Made by a program: the position numbers and the translations under genes
Origin: Felis catus
Taxonomy: Eukaryota
Reading direction: 5' to 3'
Length of the DNA stretch: 64,000 nt
NCBI RefSeq assembly: GCF_018350175.1
Contig: NC_058368.1
Location: 74,464,001-74,528,000 of the forward strand
Notes under the pieces: generated by a model
What the model saw: only the letters and a program-made list of their open reading frames with translations
What the model was told of the DNA's origin: nothing
Database searches by the model: none
Shown here: positions 39,258-52,711 of the stretch, piece by piece
Numbering within the stretch: position 1 is the first letter of the stretch
How the letters are laid out: every line of letters starts with the position of its first letter

Positions 39258-40244
39258 GTTGGGATAACCCACATGGATGTTTCTCCTAGGTTTGGTTAGT
39301 GGTAGTCATTTAAATATGTATGCACCACATGGAAACTGAGTTTCAGTCTCTCCAAAGATTCAAGATGGTGCCCTTAGATAAGAAGCTAAATTTACTCTGA
39401 ATCTCAAAAGTCAATTTATCTACTTTTGACCAGTTAAACTTTTGACCACATACAAAGGACTGCTTTTTTACTTTCTTTATGATTATGTCTTAAACTTGAG
39501 TTATTTCTCTTACTTGACTCATAAACTACGGATTAATAACAAAGGAGAGAGAAAAGAGAAATTGAGACTTTCCCTCCTTTATCTTATCCTTGTGATCTTT
39601 TAAGTATTGTAAACTTGGAGAAAAAGTCATTTGTTGAAAACTTTCAACTCAGATTTATACAAATTATAATGTGGTCAGGGTCAAAAATTTAATCACACAA
39701 ATCTAATATACAAAGTCAACTTAAAAAAAATCTAGAAGTCATTTAATCTTCCTTATAAGTCCCCAGTCCACTTAGTAGATGAAAAATTTAGATTTATCCT
39801 TTACTTTTACCTTGATTTTATCTTGTTTAAAATGTTTCCTTTGGTCAAATTTCCAGTTCATTCTAAGTCCAACTAAATTTTTACATTTTTTTATGCTCAA
39901 GGTAAAGACTGATTACATGTCTCAGTAAAAAGGTAAGGGTAGGTTGTCTTAGTGCTATCCTATGTGATTGGTCTTTAGCATTGGATGTTGTGCTTGGTTT
40001 CTTTAATGGATGTTGTGCTTGGTTTACTTTATACTCTTAATATTACATAGTAACCACTGCCGTTGATGGTTGGCCATGTGCAATCCCATCCTAGGTCTCT
40101 GCCGGCTAAGTGAATCTTTCAGCATCTACTGTGCCCTGGTCAGGGCACACAGAAAGTTCTTGATTTCTTGAATGTCAAGACCAAGTGGCAGGGTGTTCTC
40201 ACCATCACTTACCTGGCAAAGTCTCTCCCTTGCTGTGTTATCAG

Positions 40245-40697
40245 ACAGCATGTTGGACAATGCTCCGTAGGAGACTTTAGCTGGAGGCAGATAAAATAAG
40301 AAAAGCTTTCTTGGTTTGTCTCATGATTATCTGTAAGTTTCTATTTCTATCAACTCCTCAACTTACCCAGTCACATTTCAACTCAACAGACCCCAAAGGA
40401 GCATGTTTTCTGCCTTTTCCTCCTTATCTTAACAGGCCTTCCTTTTTGTGATACCTTAATTATTCTTTGAGTCACCAAGCATCCAGACTTGGCCTAGTGA
40501 TATAAGGATAATCTTTAATAACCTATAAAAGAGTTTCTGTGAGCTAAGGACACACAGTCGGCTGACGACACAGGAAAGTCAATACAACCCGGACCCATGG
40601 ATCCTATGAACTGAAATGAATATATTTAAAAAAAATTCTCCCAACGTTAACCATTTTGCAGAAACTTGAAGGAAATATTCTGACTCTTTTTCATTAG
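40245..40697 (+). pseudogene. RhoGEF pseudogene: PH exons (40245-40332; 40436-40697)
   Basis: cttaacag|AFLF(1-nt deletion)CDTLII matches the PH 'FLF.D.L++' motif; GSYELK*IYL; donors gtaagt and gtgagt. Confidence 0.62.
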
Positions 40698-41265
40698 GTG
40701 AGTGGATGTATATCTGATTAATTTAAGCCATGTAGAAAGCTACAAGGTTAAACCATAGGAAATTGCCATTGTTGTGTGTTGAAAGCAGTCAAATATTGTC
40801 AACGCAGGTCCGATTATTTCAAATCTTTCAACACCTTGTTTCTGTGATAACTAATTTGGGGAATCTCCAACCCAATGAAGGCACACAGGTACACACACAC
40901 ATACACGCATGCACAGACACAGGCACACACACACACAGGGACATCATTCTCTTTGTTAGTCTGGTGTTTAGAACAAGGTTGACTTACTGTAACATTTTAT
41001 GAACTTCCAACTCGATAGACAAATGATATACTTAACTAATTACAGTGTAATGTCTCTCTCCTCATGTTGTAATTAAAGCAGTAAAAACACACCTTTGTTT
41101 ACAAAGATGAATATATATATTCACATAATACCGCATGAATTCCGTTCAAGGCATAGTCAAAAAGTATAGTAGGATTACACTTGATTTCTTGCTGTGCATT
41201 TTTTTCTGAGAGTTTTTATTTGCTCTTTGCTTTGTTCTTTTAACTATCAAACCATTCGATTTCAA

Positions 41266-41500
41266 CTTTTTATGTTTTTAATAAACTTTTTTTAATGTTT
41301 ATTTATTTTTAAGAGAGAGAGAGAGAGACAGAGCGCAAGCAGGGGAGGGACAGAGTGAGAGGGAGACACAGAATCCGAAGCAGTCTCCAGGCTCTGAGAT
41401 ATCAACATAGAGCCTGCTGTGGAGCTTGAACTCATGAACCATGAGATCATGACCTGAGCCGATGTTGGACTCTTAATCGACTGAGACACCCAGGTGCCCC
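41266..41500 (-). mobile_element. CanSINE
   Basis: TSD atttcaacttttt. Confidence 0.95.
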
Positions 41501-41759
41501 TCAATTTCAACTTTTTAAAAACACTTCAAACCTACGAAAACATCTATTTTTTCCCAAGAGACTTTCATTCAGATGGTCTCTTTCCTTTTAAATCTAGACT
41601 AGCTGCTTTCTAAATCTGTATACAATTGTCCTTGTGAGATTTCTCAACATTTGCTTCCTCGATATGGTATGTTATTTTCTAGACATCATATTTCCCCTTT
41701 CATGATTTAATTCTTCACTTCTCTGAAGTATATCCTCAAGTAAGAAATAGTATAGAGGG

Positions 41760-41970
41760 GGGGTGCCTGGGTGGCGCAGTCGGTTAAGCGTCCGACTTCA
41801 GCCAGGTCACGATCTCGCGGTCCGTGAGTTCGAGCCCCGCGTCAGGCTCTGGGCTGATGGCTCAGAGCCTGGAGCCTGTTTCCGATTCTGTGTCTCCCTC
41901 TCTCTCTGCCCCTCTCCCGTTCATGCTCTGTCTCTCTCTGTCCCAAAAATAAATAAACGTTGAAAAAAAA
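41760..41970 (+). mobile_element. Young SINEC_Fc
   Basis: TSD aagaaatagtatagaggg. Confidence 0.97.
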
Positions 41971-42200
41971 AAGAAATAGTATAGAGGGTTAAATTTACTA
42001 ATCTCTGATTTTCTAAAAATACTCTTCTTCTGTCTGACTTAATTTGTCTCGCTGCAGAATTCTTGGTAGAAAAATGGTCAGAATTTGAAGACATTTTCTC
42101 TTTGTATCACACCATCCAATATTGCTGAATAAAAGACCAATTCCAGTTTTATTGTCTGTCTTTTTGAGATTGCCTCATTTCCCACCTCTTGACACCTTGT

Positions 42201-42827
42201 GTATGAGTTTCCTAGGGCTGTTGTAACAACATACCACAGAGTGACTTAAAACAAGAGAAATGTGTTCTGGAGACAAGAAAGTCTGAAATCAAGGTGTTAG
42301 TAGGGCTGTGCTTCCTCTGCAGTTTCAAGGGAACCATCCTTCACCAGTTCTTCCATCCTATGGTGCTGCCTGCAACCTTAATGTCATTTGGCTCCTAGCT
42401 GCATCACTCTGATGTTAGAGGATAGTCTCCTTATGTGTCTGTGTCTCTGTGTTCAAATCTCCCTCTCCTTACGAAGAAACTAGGGGCACCTGGGTGGCTC
42501 AGTTAGTTAAGCATCCGACTCTTGGTTTCGGCTCAGGTCATGATCTCATGGTTCCTTGGTTCATGCCCTGTGTTGGGCTCTGTGTTGATACTGAGGATCC
42601 TGCTTGGGATTCTCTTTCCCTCTCTCTCTGCCCGCCCCCCCCCCTCAAAATAAATAAATAAACTTAAAAAAAAGAAACTAGTCATTAGGTTAGGGCCCAC
42701 CCTAATTTAGTAAGACCTCATCTTAACCTAATTAAGACCCTATTTCCAAATAAGGTCATTTTCTTAAGTGTGGGAATTAAGATTTGAAAAAAAAAATCTT
42801 TTTGGGGAGTGCAGTTCAACCCACAGC
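42201..42827 (-). mobile_element. MaLR LTR (MLT1B/C-like) interrupted by a SINE
   Basis: tgtatgagtttcctagggctgttgtaaca...agaccctatttccaaataaggtca...ttcaacccaca. Confidence 0.85.
42483..42672 (+). mobile_element. CanSINE in MLT1
   Basis: TSD aagaaactag. Confidence 0.95.
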
Positions 42828-43417
42828 GCCCTGAATTAGAAGAAAAATTTCTTTTTTACTCCTGGGTATGCTGATATTTTCAAATGATGAATCTAAATCT
42901 GGCTTTCTTTATAATTTTATTTAGTAAACTTTATGTAGTTTGAAAATATCTATGCCATTTAAGTCAGAGAAATTTTCTTCTCATATCTCTGATATTTTTG
43001 TCTCTATTTTTGCTATTTATTCTTCCAGAACTCATATTTTAATTGGACCATCGATTTCTTGGTTTTATAACCTATATCACTTATCTTTTTACCCATATTT
43101 TATGTAAATCTATCATTGAAAAAAATCAAACAATCTCTCTCAACTTTATATACCAGAGTTTGCTTTGAAATTATGAATGTATAAGCTTATCTCTAGTTCT
43201 CAAGAGTTCTTGTGTTTTTCCTTTTTTATACCATTCTGGTGTTAATTTATGAATATGTGATCTACATGGTTTTCATAAGACTCTACTTTGGACGATTTTG
43301 TTTTAATTTCTGTATCTTTTCCTAAATTATGTTCCTGGATATTTTTTTAAGACTTATTCTTTCTTATTTCAGGCTTTCCTTAAATGTATAACCAAATTTG
43401 CTTTCCCATAGATATTA

Positions 43418-43636
43418 TTTTTTTTATTTTTTTTAACGTTTATTTATTTTTGAGACAGAGAGAGACAGAGCATGAACGGGGGAGGGTCAGAGAGAGAGGG
43501 AGACACAGAATCCGAAGCAGCTCCAGGCTCTGAGCCGTCAGCCCAGAGCCCGATGCAGGGCTCGAACTCACAGACCGCGAGATCGTGACCTGAGTTGAAG
43601 TCTGATGCTTAACCGACTGAGCCACCCAGGTGCCCC
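43418..43636 (-). mobile_element. CanSINE
   Basis: TSD catagatatt. Confidence 0.95.
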
Positions 43637-44411
43637 TCTCATAGATATTTTTAAATGTGGCCACTGATTATTGTAAACTACGTGCTCTGTAAATGTGGAC
43701 AAGGCTCATCATCTATTCACACTTGCTTTAGAATAGAGCCAGACATTCACTGAAGACCACTCGTACGCAAGCATGGAAATGCTTCGCTGTGGGTGTCCAA
43801 CTAGGCACTAGAGTTTTCTCTTGACATTTTCTTCGGTTTGTTTGGAAGGCAAGCCTCCCTTTTTGCCTTGGGTGTGATCATCTGGGTTATTACTTCTGCT
43901 TAGTAACATACAATCAGATTTGACGTGATAAATGTTCTGCGTACAGTCCTTCACTTACATCTTATATGTTGGCCCACAGCTCTGTGGGGGTCTGTCACCT
44001 GTGCTGAGAACCCTTACATCACGTCAAGCTCAGCTTAACCTCATTAATCAATGGTTACCCGTCAGCTTTTCAGCTTGACTTCTTACTGAAACTTTAGAAA
44101 TCTCTCTGTTGCTGAAGTCTTCTCCATTCTTTTGCTGTTATGAGATTACAGGTTTCATTTTTTTTTTAATTTTAACTTGTTTTCAGGAAGGGACATTGTA
44201 AATGTCTGCGGCAAATCTGCCATCTGTCTTCTAAGTAGTTTTGTTGTTGTTGTTGTTGTTGTTTATTTCCACTGGGACGGCCTGATCTTGAAGAGCTGTT
44301 GCAGGGAATTGGTTTCTAGGTGAAAATATTCAAAGAAGACAGTTACTCAGAAAAAGTAAAACACAAAACCGAACCAAAAAAATGAACCAACAAAATTCTT
44401 GTTTCACCATC

Positions 44412-44530
44412 GTACACAAGATTCTCTGTGGAACTAAGAAGCTGTGGCCACAAAGCAAAGAAGGAATTAGAAAAAAGTTTCATGAATCATATTTCCAGAC
44501 AACTGTCTGAGGAAACCAAAAGACAAATAT
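44412..44530 (+). pseudogene. RhoGEF pseudogene: PH C-terminal strand/helix exon
   Basis: RFSVELRSCGHKAKKELEKSFMNHISRQL fits 'L.A.S...K..W...+...I' apart from the Trp; splice sites degraded. Confidence 0.42.
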
Positions 44531-45149
44531 ATTTTATTTTACTCCCATTTTTCCTTTACTTTTTCTGTTTTTTCATGTCCTATCCTTCCTCCCTTCTTTC
44601 TTTCCTCTGTCTCTCCCAGTCACCTCCAGCATGCTGTCAACCATGCTCACTTTGCCCTTCACCTTACTTCTCCCACAGAGACCAGAGGGCAAGATGTTGC
44701 TGTTGTTGAGTGGCCACAACCTTTCCCAGTGAAAATAGAGTGACGGCAACCTTGCCCAGTGAAAACGGTATGGCGGTGTTTGGCGCCTCCACCTGGGCCT
44801 TCCATGTCCCTGCCTTGTGTTAACGACTAAAAACAAAATCTGCCTGAAATATCGTCATGACACATACTTATAACACCTGAAGAATCCACAAACATTTCAA
44901 TAATTATACAACTAGTGTTTGATTGATTTACAGACAGGCAACCTTAAGCATTTACAAATATTGAAGTAGAATGTACGTGAAAGAAATACATGTATTTGTG
45001 GCCTCTGAAGCACTGTTTGTTCATCCGGCTTGTTTACGTTCCCATTTTTTCACATTCCACTTTCCGTTTTCCTGTTACACCATTTTTAAGTTTTCATCTT
45101 TATGATCTATGTGCTTCTTTGTAAGCTGCAACAAATATTACCTGGGGGT

Positions 45150-45595
45150 TGTATCAGGGTTCTTCAGAGGAAAAAAAGTCAGTAGGGCATATAGGAGGGG
45201 AATTGTTACAGGAATTGGCTCATGATGATGGGGGCCAAGCAATACTACCATGTGCCCTCTGTAAGCAAAACACCAGGTAAGCTGGTGGTATGGTTCAGGC
45301 TCAGTCTTACGACCTGAGAATTGGAGGATTGGCGGTATGAGACGCAACCATGAGGGCCTACATCTGAGGGTAGGAGAAAATGGGTATCCCTGCTCAGTTC
45401 GCTCATCCTCTGCCATTTTGCTCTCTTCAGGTCCTTGATGTATTGGATGATGCCCACCCAGAGGTGTAGGCGATCTTTACCCAGCCTGCTGATCCAAATG
45501 CTCGTATCTTCCACCTAGACACAGAAATACTGTTTTACCAACTACTTGCGTATTATTTAGCCCAATCAAACTGACAAATAAAATTAAGCATCACA
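45150..45595 (-). mobile_element. ERVL solo LTR (MLT2-like)
   Basis: TG..CA ends, tgtatcagggttct...aaattaagcatcaca, 5-bp TSD ggggt. Confidence 0.88.
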
Positions 45596-45633
45596 GGGGT
45601 TCAGGCATAAAATAGATAAAAGTATATATAATC

Positions 45634-45852
45634 TTTTTTTTTAATTTTTGTTAACATTTTATTTCTGAGACAGAGAGAGACAGAGCATGAGTGGGGGAGG
45701 GGCAGAAAGAGAGGGAGACACAGAATCTGAAGCAGGTTCCAGGCTCTGAGCGGCCAGCACAGAGCCTGATGCAGGGCTCGAACTCACAAACCATGAGATC
45801 ATGACCTGAGCCGAAGTCGGTCACTCAATCGACTGAGCCACCCAGGCGCCCC
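45634..45852 (-). mobile_element. CanSINE
   Basis: TSD tatatataatctt. Confidence 0.95.
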
Positions 45853-46531
45853 AAAATATATATAATCTTGAAGAAGTATTTGTTGTGTGATTACTGTGGA
45901 GTAGAAGCTATTTAAGTTCTAAGGACAAAATGACTAATAGGTCATTTTTTTTCTGCATAAATAAGTAGCTCACTTAGTAAGGAAGATGGGAGTAAACGAC
46001 CAACAGGAACAGTATATGTTAATGCCCAGGGTAGTTGTATTTACATATTACCAGGAGGAAACATGTTCTTCTAAGACAGCTCACCTTCCCTAAACCAAAG
46101 ATATGGAGGGGTGAGAGAGTAGGTGGGGACGAGAGATAGAGCATCCCTTCTGATGTTCTTTCAAAGAATTTAAACAGTCAGATTTAGTTTCCCTGTCTGA
46201 ATGTGCTCCCACTTGTCCACACTCAGTCAGCTAACCCTGCTTTCTGGCACGAGCACCAGCACCCACACTGGCATATTCACACCTCTTTGCTGCCACCACC
46301 AACATCCCTATGACCCCCTCCTTTAGGCTTGAAAACATTCTCCATTCTGCCACGAAGGTGGAATATTTTCTTGACTATGTAACACATATCTGTTGATAGT
46401 CTTGTTTATTTCTTTACACCGCAAAAGACATTGTGTATCATTGTATTGTAGGCAAGCCATAGCACATGGTCGGTGTACGAAGTATAGTTCTCCATTGAAT
46501 CATTTTCCCCTGTTTATATAAAAGCTAAATA

Positions 46532-46689
46532 GGGGCGCCTGGGTGGCACAGGCAGTTGAGTGTCCGACTTCGGCTCAGGTCATGATCTCATAGTTTGTGA
46601 GTTCCAGCCCCGCATCGGGCTCTGTGCTGATGGCTCGGAGCCTGGAGCCTGCTTTGATTCTGTGTCTCCCTCTCTCTCTGCCCCTCTGC

Positions 46690-46726
<37 letters not shown>

Positions 46727-46742
46727 AAATAAATAAACATTA
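46532..46742 (+). mobile_element. CanSINE
   Basis: TSD aaaagctaaata. Confidence 0.95.
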
Positions 46743-48163
46743 AAAGCTAAATAAACTTTCACAAAAGAGGTGGAGTGCTCCTTTGCCAAGGAATGCAATG
46801 TGGAGGGAAACAAACCGGACACATCTTAAAATAGCTGTCTGCTTTGTATTATAATTTATACATGGCATTCGATTTATATTAGCACTGGAATATTGACCTA
46901 TTAATGACATATTATTCTTTCATGGTAATTCATTATAAGAATACTGCATTCTTCTTATTAAGTGATTAATATTTCGCGAATGTTACATCAGCACTGTGGA
47001 AATGGGGAAATTCAGAAAACTTTTGATGCATAATTGAGATTTGATTTATTTTTATTATTATTTTTTTAGCCTAGAAGATCCATAACTAGTAGTAGTCAAA
47101 AAATAGCACGTCTGAATATAAGCTTCACTTTCTAGGCAGTCATTTCTCATTGAAACCCACACACATCAACATACATATATAGCCATTTGCTTATAACAAA
47201 TAATTTCCAATATTCTTCATATGACTTACAATTTCCTGGATTTGAGAACTAATGAGGAAACTTCACAATGCTCAAATTCTGTGAGACTTATTATTCCTTA
47301 CATATGTTAGATTACATACTTTCATCTATAGGGGAAGCACATGACTAATGCATGGTTTAAATGTATATCATTTAGACAAATGACATGTTGCTAGATAAAT
47401 CTTGCAGGTGCCAAGAATTTAAACAGGGACTTTAGAGGAAAACCAACTAACCGTTGGATTTTTCAAATCCCTTTGGGAACATCTGCGGAAAGAAATATTG
47501 AGACTTTTAACGAAATAGTATGAGTATACATGAAAGACTCAGCGGGCTGAGATGATGGGAGACTACTCCCCCCCCCCCCCCCCCCCCAGCAAAGGAAAAC
47601 GAATGAGCAGACACTTTCTGTAACCCACCCACCGAGCTGGCAGTGCCCACGACTCCCAGGAACCTCTGTTTGACTTGTCACTTGCAAGACAAATTTGCTC
47701 ATATATCATGACTGTCAGAATACCTTTTCGGCGACTGTATCAGTAATTAGCTATGCCTTGTTAGTGCTCAAGGCGTGTGTATCTGTCACGTTGATAAAAA
47801 GATCTTTTCTTTCTCTTCCATTTCAACTCACATGTTAGCCTCTCAGCATTATAATGCCAGCAAAGAGCCACAGTAGTGATCAAACCCTCACTGAACGCCC
47901 TTTAAAAACACTTACGTTGTTTGAGAAAAATAAGAACCAGTATGCTATGCCAGCCTATGGGGTATTCAAAGTTGAGAGGAAAAGTAAATCCTGAAGTTAA
48001 CATTCCGAATAATTTGGAAATGTATTCCTGAGTTCTTTAGATAAGTTTTCTGACTGGGCCTAGCAATGTGAACTGTTTTCTGTAGAATCTCCTGAAAATT
48101 TTCAGTTGATAAAAATTTTTCATACATTGTTTATTATCACACACTAAGAGATAATTACAAGAG

Positions 48164-48383
48164 TTTTTTTTAATTTTTTTTAATGTTTATTTATTTTTGA
48201 GACAGAGAGAGATAGAGCTGAATGGGGAAGGGTCACAGAGAGAGGGAGACACAGAATCTGAAACAGGCTCCAGGCTCTGAGCTGTCAGCACAGAGCCCGA
48301 CGCGGGGCTCGAACCCTCGGACCGTGAGATCATGACCTGAGCCGAAATCGGACACTTAACCGACCGAGCCACCCAGGCACCCC
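48164..48383 (-). mobile_element. CanSINE
   Basis: TSD ataattacaagagtttt. Confidence 0.95.
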
Positions 48384-48539
48384 AAATAATTACAAGAGTT
48401 TTAGTTCCACTGGGGGATATAATCAGATGTATATTTGTGTTTATAACAAATAAAAAGGCAGATAGAATTATATAAATCAGAGATTCTCAAGTTTGGATCA
48501 TCAACAAAATCAAATGTGATTTTTTTTAAGATAAAAATT

Positions 48540-49500
48540 CTCAGACCAAAATTTGCTGAAACAAACTATCTTAACTGAAAAAAAGTAGCATAAGGTGAAA
48601 AGGCAAAAAACTAGTCTCAGATAAACTATTTAAAAAAATTACATGAGTGGTGTTATCATTAACATTTCAGAAATATTTAATTGAAACAAAAAACATAATA
48701 GATCTGCTTCAAATCAATGAGGCCAAATTAAAAGCGAGCATGATATACGAACAGGAAGTTTAGAAAGAAATAAAAATGGCTAATAAATACATAAAATGAT
48801 GTTGAACCCCATTTATGATCAAGAGAAATTGAAATAAAATGATAACAATGCTTCTCTCTTTACCCAACAGATTTGCAAGATTAAATGAGAAATTAAAAAA
48901 AAAATAATGTTTACTTTTTTTTATTGTTGAGAGAGAGACAGAGTACAAGAGGGGGAGAGGCAGAGAGAGAGGGAGACACAGAATCTGAAGCAGGCTCCAG
49001 GCTCTGAGCTGTCAGCACAGAGCCTGACCCGGGGCTTGAACTCATAGACCAGACCATGAGATCATGACCTGAGCCGAAGTTGGACGCTCAACTGACTGAG
49101 CCACCCAGGCACCCCAAAATGAGACATTTTAAAAGATCGTCACTAGTAATGACGATGGTCTAAAAGATTTAAAAGTATCATCAACTGTGGGTGAGAGTGT
49201 TCATTTTATCAACTTTGAGGAGAGCCATAAAAGCACCTGCCTGCAAATATAGTGTCATCATAAAGCCAACGTCTCCACCACGGCTTCTCGTGGATCCTCG
49301 AACCATCCAGAAGAGTGACTAACTAGCACATGGTTGGTTCTCAAATTTGATCGATTCAATTAATTATTAATTGTGAACATTCTCTGACTCATTTATCTCA
49401 CTTGCAAAGTCAGTCTTACAGAAAACATAGTATGAGTGATTAGTACTGTACAAGGATGTTCATTGCAACTCTTGCCTCCTGCAGAAAGAAAGGCCATCTT
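48540..49500 (+). mobile_element. Old L1ME-like 3' fragment
   Basis: aaatggctaataaatacata..; caaggatgttcattgca. Confidence 0.55.
48915..49115 (-). mobile_element. CanSINE
   Basis: Within L1. Confidence 0.95.
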
Positions 49501-49726
49501 AATGTGAATCAATGAACAAGAACATGAAAGAACGAGATCTCAGATGCTTTGGAAAGATATCTCAGATGACAAGTTAAAAAAACAAAGCAAAATTTAAATG
49601 CAAATATAGTGTTGTCATGTATTCTCTAGAATGTTTAATTGCTTGGGGAAAATAGCCCAGAGTTTGACAGATCCATTGTTGTATTCTAGAATTTGGAGGG
49701 AAAGAACTAAAATCAGGCACGTAAGA

Positions 49727-49930
49727 GGGGCGCCTGGGTGGATCAGTCGGTTAAATCTCCAACTTTGGCTCAGGGTGTGATCTCACAGTTCGTGAGTTCG
49801 AGCCCGGCCTTGGGCTCTGTGCTGATAGCTCAGAGCCTGGAGGCCCGCTTGGGATTCTGTGTCTCCCTCTCTCTCCCCACGTCACGCTCTGTCTCCCTTT
49901 CTCTAAAAAATATGTAAGAATTACATTTTT
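49727..49930 (+). mobile_element. CanSINE
   Basis: Head, body and tail recognisable. Confidence 0.93.
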
Positions 49931-50695
49931 TTAAAAAAATCAGACACACAGAATACCAATCAAATGGAAACACATGAATGGATTATTAAATGTGGAAAAG
50001 CTTACAAAAAGGAACATCATCATCATCATACATTTGAATCAGCAGTGAAAATATTCAAGTCGCCATAAGACAGAAGTATTTACTTTTTATACAAAGTTTT
50101 GGTTTCTTTAAAACAGGTTAATCTAGGCATAGTGTGGGGGATGTGGAAGACACTGAGATCTCAGCCACTAGAACAGGTAGTGAAAAGCTCTTGTCTGCAA
50201 CTATTGAATCAAAAACTTGCTACCTAAGTATTATTATGAAAAATGCAACCAAATACCAGAGGAAACACCTAAAAGAAGAGCCAAGCTCCATAAAGACAGA
50301 AGAGTCTGGACAGGTTGTAGCTAATGCTGATTTCAAGTTTAAGTCTCCAGTCCAACCATTTTCAGAGTGTTTTCAGTTTGAAAAATAAGTAAGATTTTGT
50401 TTCTGTATTTAGTTTTGTTTGTTTGCTCACTTGCTTTCCAATATTTCCAGATTTCCAAATCCAGATTTCCAATATTTCATTAGGAGATCCAAATTACCCA
50501 CTACCTTGTCTCTAATTCCTACATTTGGAAAAAGTTGTTGGTGGATGTGGGGGGATGTGGAGAGATGCATGAAGGAAAAGATTATAGAAAGATTATATAT
50601 TTCTGTATATCAGAAAATAACAGAGTGAGTAATTTCGCCTTTGAAGTCAGAGCAAATATCAATTTTAATGCCTGGCAATGTCAAATATAATATTT

Positions 50696-51247
50696 TATAG
50701 ATAAGATTTCAGAAAAGAAGTGGTTCGATTTGTCCTATACATTTTGTTCTTCTGTGATATCAAATTAATGCTAGCAAGAGTTTTGTTACTAAGTTCTCAT
50801 TCTCTTACTGTTTGCAAAGTAACAAGTTATCTCTTTTGGTTCAGCATCGCGAGAACGTTTTCTGAGCCAAGATATCTTTGACTTAAGGGAAATTACACTT
50901 TCAGCCAGAATACATTTAATACCAACTGACGAGTAAGGTTACTGTTAGCATGCAATTTATGAATAATTCCTTGTGAACTATATAAACTTGGGTGATTTTG
51001 CTAATCAGTGTGAACCTCAATTAAATGCCTGAAAAATGGGAATTTCACAAAGAAAATTTGAATTGATTCTTTCCATTTGAGTTTATCATTTCATCATAAA
51101 TTAACACACAAATATATCCAGATATATAAGTACTATGTCACTGATGCATTAAAAATAACAAAATTATGATTTGGCTTTGTCACTGGGAGATAAAATCAAC
51201 TTTTAAAAAATTATGAATAACAATCTAAAACAATGATCTTCATTTGC
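50696..51247 (-). pseudogene. PI3K pseudogene: C-terminal exon
   Basis: RF....VYIVHKELFINCM...(D)ISWLRKR...EITCYF resembles p110 'RF....AY...HANLFINLF...DDIAYIRKTL....EALEYF'. Confidence 0.68.
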
Positions 51248-51899
51248 CTGGTAACATTAGCCACACAAAAAAACCCTCAATTATTTATTCTCTAAGGCAT
51301 TTATACGATACTATTTTTCTTTTTGTTTCAGATGGAAAGAACCAAAAAGACCATCACACCCAAATCATAATCAATTTGCACTGACAGGGTGACATCAACA
51401 TTAGCCATGCCATATGCCTGACTATAAAATGGAATGATTAGTATGTGCCCCCTGAACAGTAGATTGCTAATTTACTATGAATGTATTAAAGCACATTAAT
51501 GGGGAACCACAGAAATCTGCAAATGCATGCATCCATTTTTTTGAACGACCGTATCCATCATGTCCAATGGCTTTCTCATACCCTTTTGTAATTCTGCAAA
51601 TGCCTGGCCACCCAGCCTTCCTTAGTCATTTATTTTCATTCTTCCGTGTGGCTTTGTTTGTATTTTCTAGAGTTTTATATAAATGGGATCATACAATATA
51701 CATTCTTACTTTTGGCTTCTTTCCTTCAGCATAATCATTTAGAGATTTGTCCATGTTATGTGTATCATAGTTCATCTTTTATTACTGAGTGGTATTCAAT
51801 CCTATCACATTTTCCAATTCACCTGATCGCAGATATATAATACTAATTATAGCTGCTAGGAACATCGATGAACAAGTCTTTACCTCAACATAAGTTTTT

Positions 51900-52135
51900 G
51901 GGGTGCCTGGGTGGCACAGTCGGTTAAGCGTCCGACTTCAGCCAGGTCAGGATCTCGCGGTCCGGGAGTTCGAGCCCCCGCGTCAGGCTCTGGGCTGATG
52001 GCTCAGAGCCTGGAGCCTGTTTCTGATTCTGTGTCTCCCTCTCTCTCTTCCCCTCCCCCGTTCATGCTCTGTCTCTCTCTGTCCCAAAAATAAATAAACG
52101 TTGAAAAAAAATATTAAAAAAAAAACAAAAAAAAA
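51900..52135 (+). mobile_element. Young SINEC_Fc
   Basis: TSD cataagttttt. Confidence 0.96.
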
Positions 52136-52494
52136 CTCATAAGTTTTTATCTTAGGTAAATCCCTAGACGTGAAATGATTGCATCGTGTGGCAGAATGAT
52201 GTTTAATTTGTTTAAAAAAAAAAAAAAAGAAACCTAAAAACTGTGAAACTATATTCCGTACTGGTTCTACCATTTTATGTTCTCATCAGTTGTTATGTGA
52301 AAGTTTCAGTTACTCAAGAGCAGGACAAAAACTTAATGCGGCCAGTCTTTTTAATATAAAGATATTCCAATCAGTGGTCCAATAGGTATCTCACTGTGGT
52401 ATTGATATATTTGCAGATCATTACAGAGTAATCATATCGGGCATCTTCTCATATGCTTATTATTCTTTGGTTAAATATCTGTTGGCTCCTTTGT

Positions 52495-52711
52495 TTATGT
52501 TTTTATTTTATTTTTTAAGTTTATATATTTTTGAGAGACAGAGATAGTGTGAGTGGGGTAGGGGCAGAGAGAGGGAGGAGAGAGAGAATCCCAAGCAGGC
52601 TCCATGCCACCAGCACAGAGTCCGATGTGGGACTGGAACTCACGGAATGGTGAGATCATGACTGAGCTGAAACCAAGTGTTGGACACCTAACTGAATGAG
52701 CCACCCAGGCG
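52495..52711 (-). mobile_element. CanSINE
   Basis: Within L1. Confidence 0.93.

Larger units (their letters stand above)
41520..44225 (-). mobile_element. Old L1 5'/ORF1 region with nested inserts
   Basis: T-rich antisense L1M-like; ends aatctgccatct like old L1 5' ends. Confidence 0.5.
37798..44530 (+). pseudogene. Decayed multi-exon RhoGEF (DH + PH) gene
   Basis: Ordered exon remnants reproduce DH and PH motifs (see exon features); stops and frameshifts throughout; 5' and 3' ends undefined. Confidence 0.66.

Noticed and set aside
51320..51385. VQIDYD as a possible HIDFG remnant
   Set aside because: Flanking residues do not fit; the acceptor at 51247 is a better candidate
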